A stretch of DNA of 64,000 nucleotides from Octopus sinensis (Eukaryota). The stretch's first letter is position 1; each line of letters begins with the position of its first letter. The notes under the pieces are model-generated. The model did not search any database, was not told the origin of the DNA, and was given only the letters and a program-made list of their open reading frames with translations. The stretch is from positions 116,498,001 to 116,562,000 of the forward strand of contig NC_043000.1 of the NCBI RefSeq assembly GCF_006345805.1. The letters are read 5' to 3'. Below are positions 14,841 to 26,620 of this stretch, in pieces. Both the position numbers and the translations under genes were made by a program.

Positions 14841-15227
14841 CGATGTCTGATCAACAAGTATCCGGTCTCGTTGGCATAGTAACGAAGCTAAAGCAATCAA
14901 AGACCGCTTGGGGCAGATTGACTGAACTCTGCTGTGAATACGCACTAAGTTTCAACGTTCTAGCTCACTGCCGCTGTTTACTGCAGTGCTTGGAAGGAAT
15001 TCTTGCAGATTCTCCGGTCACCTTTCTCTACATTGTCAATGTGACGATCACAGGCGACACACGTGCCTTCCAAGCACTTTTGCTAACAGCGGAAGCGAGT
15101 TAGAATGTCAGAGTTTAGTGCGCAAGCACAGCAGAGTTCAAGGTCAATCTGCACCAAGCGGCTTTACTCTGCATGCTTTAGATTCGTTACTATGGCAACA
15201 GACAGGACACTAATTGATCAGACCACG
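14841..15227. mobile_element. Fold-back MITE (about 157-bp imperfect TIRs, TA flanks)
   Basis: 14841-14997 is the reverse complement of 15066-15227 along its length (tctgatcaa, catagtaacgaa, gcagattgac, gaactctgctgtg, ccgctgtt, agtgcttggaagg). TA on both sides. Confidence 0.8.
15186..15199. promoter_or_regulatory. RFX-type X-box motif GTTACTATGGCAAC (second copy with one mismatch at 14870-14883)
   Basis: Fits the 14-bp imperfect palindromic X-box consensus; function not shown. Confidence 0.4.
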
Positions 15228-15503
15228 TATATATCAGAAGGAAAAATAGATTAAAAATCCAGGCAGATGTAAAAAAAAATCAGTCAGATTTAAATAAATT
15301 TGGTTATCTATGTCAAACAATCACACATCTATAAATGTAAGAAAAATATCCTAGGTAATTCCTCATGTAAGACAAGAGGATACAAAGATGATTTGAAAGA
15401 ATTTCGTGAAATTCAGCTTTATACAACAAAAATGTGAATAGGATATGGTTGTGTATGTTGAATTCTACATGTAAAACTGTGAATTCCGCTTTTCGCATTT
15501 TTG

Positions 15504-15542
<39 letters not shown>

Positions 15543-15546
<4 letters not shown>

Positions 15547-15758
15547 TTAATCCAAACATGAAAACACAAAGAGAAAACACAACAACGCGAGGACGTGGAA
15601 CAAATATGGTATTATTGGACGCTCAGGAAGGAAGGGAAGAAGGAGGGTTTAACGTTTCGAGCCGGAGCTCTTGGTCGGAAACATAGGAGAAGGAAAGATC
15701 CAGAGAAGGGAAGACAGAGGGAAAAAAATCGGCAACGGTACACGCGCGGTTACATTTT
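15543..15758 (-). mobile_element. PLE-like fragment with a degenerate minimal hammerhead (15647-15682)
   Basis: Minus strand: gttt-CCGACCA-a-gagc(tccg)gctc-GAAA-cg-TT-aaac. The 3' side abuts (TA)n. Confidence 0.6.
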
Positions 15759-15849
15759 GAATATATATATATATATATATACATACATATACACAATCTG
15801 TCTGTCGGTCAGTCTATACACACTCACATACACACACGACTGATATAGC

Positions 15850-16270
15850 TTTTTTACTCTTTTACTCTTTTACTTGTTTCAGTCATTTGACTGCGGCCAT
15901 GCTGGGGCACCGCCTTTAGTCGAGCAACTCGACCCCGGGACTTATTCTTTTGTAAGCCCAGTACTTATTCTATCGGTCCCTTTTGCCGAACCGCTAGGTG
16001 ACGGGGACGTAAACACACCAGCATCGGTTGTCAAGCAATGCTAGGGGAGCCAAACACAGACACACAAACACACACGCACACACATATATATATATATACA
16101 TATATACGACGGGCTTCTTTCAGTTTCCATCTACCAAATCCACTCACAAGGCTTTGGTCGGCCCGAGGCTATAGTAGAAGACACTTGCTCAAGGTGCCAC
16201 GCAGTGGGACTGAACCCGGAACCATGTGGTTGGTAAGCAAGCTACTTCCAACACAGCCACTCCTGCGCCT
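15850..16270 (-). mobile_element. Full-length SINE family A
   Basis: Reverse complement of the full family A sequence from the aggcgcaggagtggctg head to the (aaagagt)n tail. Confidence 0.95.
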
Positions 16271-16405
16271 ATCATATTACAGGTTATTTGACAAAACCGG
16301 TTGAGCTCCATCTAATGTGTTCGAAAAGGAAAACGAAATTTAAGAACTCTGCTGCTTCAAGCAAACTGCACAGAAATGTATATTACGTACAAACGAACAG
16401 ACACA

Positions 16406-16454
<49 letters not shown>

Positions 16455-16654
16455 GTATCGTTTGGAACAGCTGCTATCAAAGCAATATTTACGTATTATC
16501 ATTTATGGCGTTATATGCTTCGAAATCCAATCTTCCAAAAGAGATTTGTTACACGTATTCTAATAGCTTTCAAATTCTTATGACGTCAACAATATATACA
16601 TATTGTGCATCTGCATACCCATATAAAGCGTAAATACACACACATATATATATA

Positions 16655-16843
16655 CTCTTTTTTACTCTTTTACTTGTTTCAGTCATTCGACTGCGGCCAT
16701 GCTGGAGCACCGCCTTTTAGTCGAGCAAATCGACCCCAAGACTTATTCTTTGTAAGCTCAGTACTTATTCCATCGGCCTCTTTCGCTGAACCGCTAAGTT
16801 ACGGGGATGTAAACACACCAGCATCGGTTGTCAAGACACACAA

Positions 16844-16884
<41 letters not shown>

Positions 16885-17047
16885 TACGACGGGCATCTTT
16901 CAGTTTCCGTCTACCACATCCACTCACAAGGCTTTGGTCGGCCCGAAGCTATAGTAGAAGACACTTGCCCAAGGTGCCACGCAGTGGGACTGAACCCAGA
17001 ACCATGTGGTTGGTAAGCAAACTACTTACCACACAGCCACTTCTACG

Positions 17048-17050
<3 letters not shown>
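16655..17050 (-). mobile_element. SINE family A
   Basis: As above, with a short internal deletion near the middle. Confidence 0.93.
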
Positions 17051-17106
<56 letters not shown>

Positions 17107-17143
17107 TGTGTGTGTGTGTGTGTGTGTGTATGTATATATATAT

Positions 17144-17180
<37 letters not shown>

Positions 17181-17242
17181 TGTAACTTTCTCGTAAATAT
17201 ATATATAGTAGCTTCCTCGTAAATATATGTACATATATTATA

Positions 17243-17610
17243 GGCACAGGGGTTGCTGTGTGGTAAGTAGCTTGCTTAACCGCATGATTCTGCGTTCAGT
17301 GCCACCGCCTGGCACCTTGAGCAAGTGTCTTCTACTATAGCCCCGGGCCGACCAAAGCTTTGTGAATGGATTTGGTAGCCGGAAACTGAAAGAAGCCCGT
17401 CGTATATATATATGTATATGTTTGTGTGTCTGTGTTTGTCCCACCAACATTGCTTGACCACCGATGCTGGTGTGTTAGCGGTTCGGCAGGAGAGACCAAT
17501 AGAATAAGTACTAAGCTTACAAAGAATAAGTCCTGGGGTCGATGTGCTCGACTAAAGGCGATGCTCCAGCATGGTCGCAGTCAAATGACTGAAAAATAGA
17601 ATAAAAGAAT
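17243..17610 (+). mobile_element. SINE family A, head-to-head with 16655-17050
   Basis: ggcacaggggttgctgtgtggtaagtagc...gtcaaatgactgaaaaatagaataaaag. Confidence 0.92.
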
Positions 17611-18375
17611 ATATATATATACAATTATTGGTTCTCTGCCTTTTTGTCAAGAGTCCACAAACAGATGTCTTTATTGGCGGACTTTATATCGCCCCAGGCA
17701 TCATGTGACAAAACTGGATATTAAGGAAATGCACGCTGCAATAAACGAAGTATATTTTGCTTGATAAGTTCCTTGTCTTCCTATGAGTGATTTGGATGGC
17801 AAAGTCCTTGTTATAATTTCTAATTTGATCTTTCGAAATAAGCAAAAATAATTGAGTGATCAACCAAATTGGTCATCGAATGTTTATTAATGGCTTTTAG
17901 AATACATGTTTTTGACGAGGTATCTATTGTCAATGTAGTGAATTCTAGGAAAAATTTTAAAAAAGGTGAAACCACTTGATGTTGGACTTATCCCAGCAGA
18001 AGTATCAGAATTAAAAAGAATTAGAAAAATGTATATTCTATCGCATGGAATATGTAAATTTCTGGAATGAAAATAATATAGTGTAGCACTGAGTGAGGAC
18101 TGAACAAGAAACCGTGTTGTTGTAAAACGAAATTCTAAACCACACAGCCATTCTTGCGCGTATACACACTTATGTAGACACGACTTTCTGTTTCTGTGTG
18201 TTCATAATGAATGATTTATATCTATAAAACGACTTTTAAGCAATGACGCATAGTTTAATATACACATAAATACACACACACACATATATGTGTATGTATG
18301 TATGTATGTATGTATGCATGTATGTGTGTATGTATATATGTAGTATGTGTGTATGTATATACGTATGTATGTATG

Positions 18376-18409
<34 letters not shown>

Positions 18410-18772
18410 TGTATGTGTATGTATATATGTATGTATGTGTGTATGTATATATGTATGTATATATGTGTGTATGTATATATGTATGTATATATGTGTGTAT
18501 GTATATGTGTATGTATATATGTATGTATATGTGTATGTATGTATGTATGTGTGTGTGTGTATGTGTGTGTGTGTATAAACTGGTTTAAACTCAATAATTT
18601 GATCCATTGGCTTCTATTGTAGTAGGATGTGGGCGAAATTTCCAACGAACTATTGTCGCTCTTTAAATTTAGATTACTACAGACTCTATAGAAATGATTG
18701 ATATTAATGTCCAAAACAATTCCAGTCTGAACACATACACAGGCATATAGTTGTCAATCAATCAATCAATCA

Positions 18773-18814
<42 letters not shown>

Positions 18815-18816
<2 letters not shown>

Positions 18817-19187
18817 CATGTGTACATATATATATATATATATACATATGTGTACATATATATATATACACATATGTGTACATATATATATATATACACA
18901 TATGTGTACATATATATATATATATACACATATGTGTACATATATATATATACACACATATGTGTATATATATATATATACATATGTGTACTATATATAT
19001 ATATATACACACATATGTGTACATATATATATATATACATATGTGTACATATATATATATACACACATATGTGTACATATATATATATATACATATGTGT
19101 ACATATATATATATACACACATATGTGTACATTATATATATATATATACATATGTGTACATATATATATATATACACATATGTGTAC

Positions 19188-19280
<93 letters not shown>

Positions 19281-19290
19281 TGTATACATG
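18815..19290. repeat. Minisatellite of about 26-30-bp units, catatgtgtacat(at)n(ac)n
   Basis: More than 15 visible units. Confidence 0.9.
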
Positions 19291-19354
19291 TGTACATATA
19301 CAGATATATATATATATATACATACATATATATGTATATATACATATGTATTCA

Positions 19355-19417
<63 letters not shown>

Positions 19418-19677
19418 ATGTGTGTGTGTGTGTGTGTGTATTTATATGCTGGTGTGCATTGTGTCGGTGCATTTATTGCTAAGGCAATTCTCTATTTAGT
19501 TGTTCTTAAAGACTGTTTATTGGAACATTTTACTGAATTCGATAGAAAAGAATAAAAAATAGCAATGAAAAGAATTATTGGTAAGAAAATAGAATAACGA
19601 AACATATGAAGCATTTTATTTTTTCTAATTTTTTAAAACAATGGTTAAGAATAAAGAAACGACATTTTCATACTTAC

Positions 19678-19743
19678 TCGCTTCCAATAATTCACGCCAT
19701 TTAGTCTACTGAATGTATTCACAGAGTTCCACACGTGTAATTT
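19678..19743 (-). CDS. Candidate 66-nt internal exon (KLHVWNSVNTFSRLNGVNYWKR in phase 0)
   Basis: Minus strand tttaatcttatcag|...aagcga|gtaagtatg. Only one frame is open and the length is divisible by 3. No protein recognised. Confidence 0.25.
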
Positions 19744-20406
19744 CTGATAAGATTAAACGATTTTGTTGTACGTTTATTTTTTTTTTCTTTCTGTCTAGTC
19801 TATAAGTTCTGGTTGTTTAGCAAATTGTAGGCTTTGAAAATTTTCATAGCATTTTCCATCACGTTTGTCGCATTTTACTTTTTATATCATTTTCGAATGA
19901 CGCGACACGTAATTTCCACCTACTTCTCTGACAACTTCTTGAGGTGTGAGTTCGTATCCCACTATACCACTAAGAAAAGGGTAATTATAATTTTTAGGTG
20001 TAAGATTTTCGTCTTATTGTCATCTAAAAGTGTATTCTTATTCGTCGAGTCTCATTGCCACACAAGTGTCTGTGGATTTCTGTCCAACATAAAATCCACG
20101 GATATTCTGGCAAATGTTTAATTGCAAAATTCTGCTTTCATCTACCGAGAGAGTGTGTATATCAACTAAAAGCAATGTTGCTTAATCACCGAACACATTT
20201 ATAATGCGATGCTGAATATATGAATGTATTAATCATAAGGTCTGCATTCGGAATATACAGGAAACAGTCAAAGTCTTGCGAAATAGAGGGGGAACCCCGC
20301 TTAAGAGCGTCTGTCAATATGTTTTATCAGCCTGTGATAAAACGGAATAGCAGTGGAGAAAACCTCACATTATTGCAGAGCGAATATGTATGCATTAAAT
20401 AATATA

Positions 20407-20649
20407 TTGGGTTGATGCATAATTATTGCGGCTTTTTTCAACAAATTTTATTCAACAACAATAACAATTTTTTAACAAAAACATCTTTAAATGACGGTCT
20501 GACTGTCTGCCAAACAAATGGGAAGCAGTAATTGAAGTAGATGGTGAATACGCTTCGGAATAATCATTTAAAGATATTTTTGTTACCTGTTGTTATTGTT
20601 TTTGTTGAATAGAATTTGTTGAAAAAAGCCTCAATAGTTATGCACCAAC
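20407..20649 (+). mobile_element. Mariner-derived MITE retaining the transposase C-terminus
   Basis: TA|ttgggttgatgcataattattgcgg resembles the Hsmar1-type TIR. Long inverted arms (about 85 bp) enclose LPNKWEAVIEVDGEYASE* at 20507-20563. Confidence 0.8.
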
Positions 20650-21198
20650 AGAACAGTTTAGCTAATTCTCCATCTTGGTATAGTTAAACCGTCAGGTTTT
20701 ATCAGATGGTATCCATAGATGAATTTACTTGTGAATATCTTTAAATAAGGATTATTTCTTAATATGTTGGGCGATGAATAGTCTTACGCATAACATTTGA
20801 AAATTAGTGTTGAGGTTGCGTACTGTAAATGAAGACTAACTTTTTATACTATTTACATTCTCCTTTGCACACGTGATTATATAACGCTTGTAAACGCGGA
20901 AGTCGCCGTAGATAAGTTATAAATAACAGTAAGTAGAATATTAGGTTACGAAAACCCTTCTGGGGATAAAGTCTTCGACGTGTGTCTCGTTATAACTTAT
21001 GGCTTTATCTACATGGAATTTGACCTTGAATAACGATTTAATCCATATCTCTCGAAGCGTTAAAATAGTATACACACTCACACATATACGAATACTACAG
21101 ATCCAATCCATATTTACAGGATCTGTAAATATTTGAAGTTTATCATTTAAGTATATATGAGCATGTCTAGATATGCAGCTATATGTATGAGAATACAT

Positions 21199-21458
21199 AC
21201 ATAGAACAAAGCATACGAATTTGCACGCATAGATACATACATAGAACAAAGCATACGAATTTGCACGCATGCATACATACATACATAGAACAAAACATAC
21301 GAATTTGCATACATAAATACATACATACATACACACATACATACATAGAACAAAGCATACGAATTTACATACATACATACACACATACATACATAGAACA
21401 AAGCATACGAATTTGCACACATACATACATAGAACAAAGCATACGAATTTGCACGCAT
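21199..21458. repeat. Minisatellite: six copies of catagaacaaagcatacgaattt(g/a)ca separated by variable (ACAT)n
   Basis: Directly visible. Confidence 0.9.
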
Positions 21459-22417
21459 ACATACATCCATCCATACATACATACATACATGAATGCATAC
21501 ATACATGAATGCATACATACATGAATGCATACATACATAGAAACACATGTATATAATTTTCAAAATTTGACACAATGCCAGAAATTTCGGTGGAGAGATA
21601 AGTGTATTATATCGACGCCAGTATTCGACCATGGTGGTGTTAGACCTCAGAGCGTAAAGTTCCGCTTACCTCTCTTGTCTGAGCAGCAACGACTCTGACA
21701 GGTCGCCATTTTATGCATAATAATGTGCATATTGCATAAGAGAAATTATAGAAAATATAATAGAAATCTATAGATATCTCAATCGATCGCACGTATCTTC
21801 AAGGCATTTAGTTTGCTTTCCCATAAGAAGGAAATCAATTTCCTCTGGAAGAATTTTAATCATATGGTATTAAATAGGACAGGTGTTGTAAAAGGATTAT
21901 CCTATAAATAATCTTTTGCTTTTATCTTCCAAACAATTTTAAACCGTCAGTGCATTTTAAATTCGACAAGATTTCGTCATATTGGGAAATTTAAATGCAG
22001 CTTCCATACGTATCGATGAATTAAGTTACTAAAACTCTATCCGGGAATCTTAATAACTGAAAAGCTTCAAGTGATGCATGGTTTCATAAATGCCACAGGT
22101 CTAGCGTATATTATAGGAAACGGGTCACAGATATCGAGTGAAAATATGGAAGGGTAGATTAAATTGTCTTATCTACTTGATACTTTCTTATATCACCCAT
22201 CAAGTAACAAAGTGTGCGATTTGTCCCTGATACATAATTTACATTAGACGGATATTTGATGTGTCTCACAAGAGAGACTACATTGCTCAAACAAGCTTAA
22301 CTTTGAGGGATAGACTTACTGTGCACAGACAACAAATCTGGGACCCCTCAACTAGGAAAATTCCCGTTAGCCAGCACCTAGACCAATACCCCGTAGACAA
22401 AAACCCTAAATACCAAA

Positions 22418-22572
22418 TCCATTATAACCTTTGAACAGGGGAGGTCAGCAGCTTCCCCTTGCTGGTTTGACAATCACAGACTAGTTTCGGGTTATTTGCC
22501 CCTTATGAATGTGGAGTAGCGGAAACCAGCAGGCGTCGCTGCTGACCTCCCCTATTCGAAGGTTATAATGGA
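22418..22572. mobile_element. Inverted repeat (about 35-bp arms) enclosing a degenerate hammerhead motif (22475-22514, minus)
   Basis: tccattataacctttgaacaggggaggtcagcagc pairs with gctgctgacctcccctattcgaaggttataatgga. The interior is homologous to 47488-47568. Confidence 0.7.
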
Positions 22573-22887
22573 CATAGGTTTGTCTGTTACATAGCTAGCT
22601 ATAGGCGATGGCCTCTTGGAGCTAATGAACGGCAGTATTCGTCCTATTTTCCTGAACTGCCATATTAGCTTGACGATAATTATTAATATCCAGTACCGCT
22701 GCCGTAGTCTTCTCAAGAGAGATTTAGAAATATTAATATTTCTATTTTATATATATGTTATTTTTTTTGATTTTATCTCGATCTATGTAACAAACATCAT
22801 CAGTATGATTTGAACTTTACCAGAGGGATACAGGTTGTAAAAAAACATAAATAAAAAAAAGGCACGCTCTAAGTTTTAGAGCAGTAT

Positions 22888-23138
22888 ATATTAAAAATGA
22901 GGAAGGTTTATGGGATTACCTTAGGTTTCCCGTCCACAATAAGGTTAGCTCTATGGCGTATCATCAGATCCCAAAATCTACTGGCCTAAGGCCTCTTAAT
23001 AATATGGGGAAGAAATGCCTCACTACTCAACCAGGGGCCAACAGGTTTTGGGATCTGATGATACGCCATAAAGCTAAACCCTTTATGGACGGGAAACTTA
23101 AAGTAATCTCATAAACCGGCCGTTCCCATTTTTAATAT
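22888..23138. mobile_element. Fold-back MITE (about 100-bp arms, about 50-nt spacer)
   Basis: atattaaaaatg...tttcccgtcca...tatggcgtatcatcagatcccaaaa..ggcc is mirrored at 23036-23138. Confidence 0.8.
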
Positions 23139-23380
23139 GTGTGTGTGTGTGTGTGTGTGAACTAAATCCGCATACAATGCTTTTGTTCACCTGAGGCTAT
23201 AGCAGAAGACACATACACTGGGTGTGAGGCACTGAGACTAAACCCGGAACCATGTGAATAATTAACACCCTGAAACAGTCTCCGCTTCAAAGGTGAAGGA
23301 CGTTCTAATCTCATTCACTCCGACGCCACGGCAAACAAGGTTCCGGTCCAGTGAATCGTAGAAGTTGAAGCAGTACTTAC

Positions 23381-23404
23381 GTTCTGTCCTAACACGCACT
23401 CGCT
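23381..23404 (-). CDS. Candidate 24-nt microexon (SECVLGQN or xRVRVRTEx)
   Basis: Minus strand ttttttctttttttacgttccacag|AGCGAGTGCGTGTTAGGACAGAAC|gtaagta: strong acceptor and donor, frame-preserving length. Confidence 0.35.
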
Positions 23405-23629
23405 CTGTGGAACGTAAAAAAGAAAAAATTTTCAGTTAAGTTAAAAATATAACCACCACCCCCCTACCGACGCACCGACACAACCCGAATAAAAGAAAAA
23501 AAGCAACAACCACAGTGTTATTTCAAGCTCTTCCTGTTCTCCATCATTTCTTCCATCGTTATCACATCAATCAATTAATCAGTACCATTCATTTTTATTT
23601 AGACATGCCTAAGCACCGTAAACCACAAT

Positions 23630-23643
23630 CGATTACTACTAGT

Positions 23644-23674
<31 letters not shown>

Positions 23675-23675
23675 G

Positions 23676-23710
<35 letters not shown>

Positions 23711-24270
23711 GTAGTAGTAGTAGTAGTAGTAGTAGCAGCAGTTCTAACTCGAATGATACAATTCTACCATTTATCTATAGACTTGTTGCATGAAGAGTGT
23801 TCGTTCCGAAGTAAAACAACATTTTTGCATGTCCCCAGAAACCACGCAACACACACTTCCACCCCATGTTGTGGTGGTGGTGGTGGTAGTGGTGATGGTG
23901 GTACTGCTGCTGCTACTACTATCACTTCTTCTACTGGTGCTACTACTATTACTAAAGCCCCCATTCTCTCCCCCTCCTCCTGCTGCCACACCTTGACTGC
24001 TGCTGCTGCTGCTTCTAGTAATAATACTACTCCTGCTTCAACTAATTATTAGTCACTAATATTATACTTATACAACTGATATTACTGCTGCTGCTACTAC
24101 TACTATCACTAATACTACCACCATCACAACTACTACTAGCACAACTATTACTAATATTACCACCACCACCACCACTACTATTACCACCTACACCAACACC
24201 ACTACTACTACCACCACCACCACCACCACCTACGCTACTACTACTACTACTACCACCACCACCATTACCA
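23630..24270. repeat. Compound trinucleotide tracts (ACT/ACC/AGT/GGT/GCT)
   Basis: Directly visible; includes a perfect (ACT)n(AGT)n palindrome at 23686-23733. Confidence 0.9.
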
Positions 24271-24642
24271 CGTCTATTTACTGATGTTCATGCGCGTTCG
24301 TTAATTGTTTCATGTAGTGTTTATGTAACACTATTAAATTCAATACAATAGATGTGGGGGCAAACACTTTTGCGCGCGCCTCTGTGTACGTGTGTGTACT
24401 TCTGTGCGTGTGTGGTGCTTTGTGTGAACGGCCTTAAAACATCGTAAGCACTATGTCATATAATATTCCTTTTTGTTAATCTAATATTTCTCATCTTCTA
24501 ACAAACTCATATTTTATTACATAAATTCTTGAAACGCTTATTAAAAAAACATTCTGGATCTTCTTCTGGCAGCCAAAAATCACAGGAAGCTTCAAGTATA
24601 CGAACTACACCGTTGTTCTCTCATTCGTTTATTCTTATATTC

Positions 24643-25031
24643 CTTTACTTGTTTCAGTCAGTTGACTGCGATCGTGTTGGGGCACCGTCTTTTAGTTGAA
24701 CAAGTCGACCACAGGACTTATTCTTTGTAAACCTACTACTTATTCTATCGGGGCCTTTTGCCGAACCGCTAAGTTATGAGGACGTTAACACACCAACATC
24801 GGTTGTGAAGCGATGATGAGGGAACAAAGACCGACACAAACACATACACACACACACACACATATATACGACGGGCTTATTTCGGCTTTCGTCTACCAAA
24901 TCCTTTCACAAGGGTTTGGTTGGCTCGAGGTTAAAATCGAAGACACTTTCCCAGGGTGCACGCAGTGGGACCAAACCCGGAACAATGTAGTTGGGAAGCA
25001 AGCTTCTTACCACACGGCCAGTCATACTCCT
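24643..25031 (-). mobile_element. SINE family A, diverged (a second 3' fragment lies at about 25075-25275)
   Basis: Reverse-complement match to family A. Confidence 0.85.
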
Positions 25032-25326
25032 TAATCTTTTATTTTTTTTAATCTTTTACTTATTTTATTAATAGGACTGCGACCATGTTGGGCATCGCCA
25101 TCAAGCATTTTAGTCGAATGGATTGCCCCAAAACTAATGATTTTTTTTGTAAACCCTCGTACTTATCCTATCAGTCTCTTTTGCAGAACACCGGTAATTT
25201 ACTGTACAGTACACACAGCAACGCCGGTTGTAAAGCGGTGATGGAAAACAAACACCGATTGAGAGACACAACACGCACACACATATATTTATATAAATAA
25301 TATATAGTTATATGCATATATATATA

Positions 25327-25433
<107 letters not shown>

Positions 25434-25434
25434 C

Positions 25435-25957
<523 letters not shown>

Positions 25958-26224
25958 TATATATATATGTACATACCTACATATATATGTACATATACAT
26001 GTGTATATAGATACACATGTATATGTACATATATATGTAGGTATGTACATATATATATACTCTTTTTCTTTTTCTTTTTACTCTTTTTACTTGTTTCAGT
26101 CATTTGACTGCGGCCATGCTGGAGCACCGCCTTTAGTCGAGCAAATCGACCCCGGGACTTATTCTTTGTAAGCCCAGTACTTATTCTATCGGTCTCTTTT
26201 GCCGAACCGCTAAGTGACGGGGAC

Positions 26225-26620
26225 ATTAAAAAAACATAGAAAATGAACTTTTTTTGAACAACGAAAGAAACAAATAGAGAAATGAGACAGGCAACATAAA
26301 GAACATTCCCTTCATCAGGCGGCGAACTGGTAGAAACGTTAGCACGCCGGGCGAGATGCTTAGGAATATTTCGTCTGTCTTTATGTTCTGAGTTAAATTT
26401 CCGCCGAGGTCGACTTTGCCTTTCATCCTTTCGGGGTCGATAAATTAAGTACCAGTTACGCACTGGGGTCAATGCAATCGACTTAATCCGTTTGTCTGTC
26501 CTTGTTTGTCCCCTCTGTGTTTAGCTCCGTGTGGGCAATAAAGAAATAAGTTGTCCCTTGTTTTATCTATTCCGCGTTTCGAATGTAGAAATATAGCTAC
26601 ATTTCTGGCGGTAATGCTGA
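26225..26620 (-). mobile_element. PLE-like fragment with hammerhead half-motifs, interrupted by SINE B
   Basis: Minus strand: CTGATGA at 26312-26318, and a 7-bp hairpin aatgtag/ctacatt followed by C-GAAA-CGCG at 26573-26603. Confidence 0.5.
26319..26549 (+). mobile_element. Full-length SINE family B
   Basis: gcggcgaactggtagaaacgttagc...ccgaggtcgactttgcctttcatcctttcggggtcgat...gggcaataaagaaata. Confidence 0.95.

Noticed and set aside
14816-15213. ORFs of 95 and 75 aa
   Set aside because: They lie entirely within a fold-back MITE and show no protein similarity.
16605-17222. Recurrent ORFs such as [27 protein letters not shown] and NWYLIYRPRKDERQSRPRR
   Set aside because: These are incidental frames of SINE families A and B, not a gene family.
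21199-21458. CRISPR-like layout (constant repeat of about 26 bp with variable spacers)
   Set aside because: Spacers are only (ACAT)n of varying length, there are no cas genes, and the context is eukaryotic; it is a minisatellite.
23055-23061. CTGATGA as a hammerhead core or snoRNA box
   Set aside because: It lies within a MITE arm with no stem II-GAAA downstream; the same applies to 61669 in a SINE tail.
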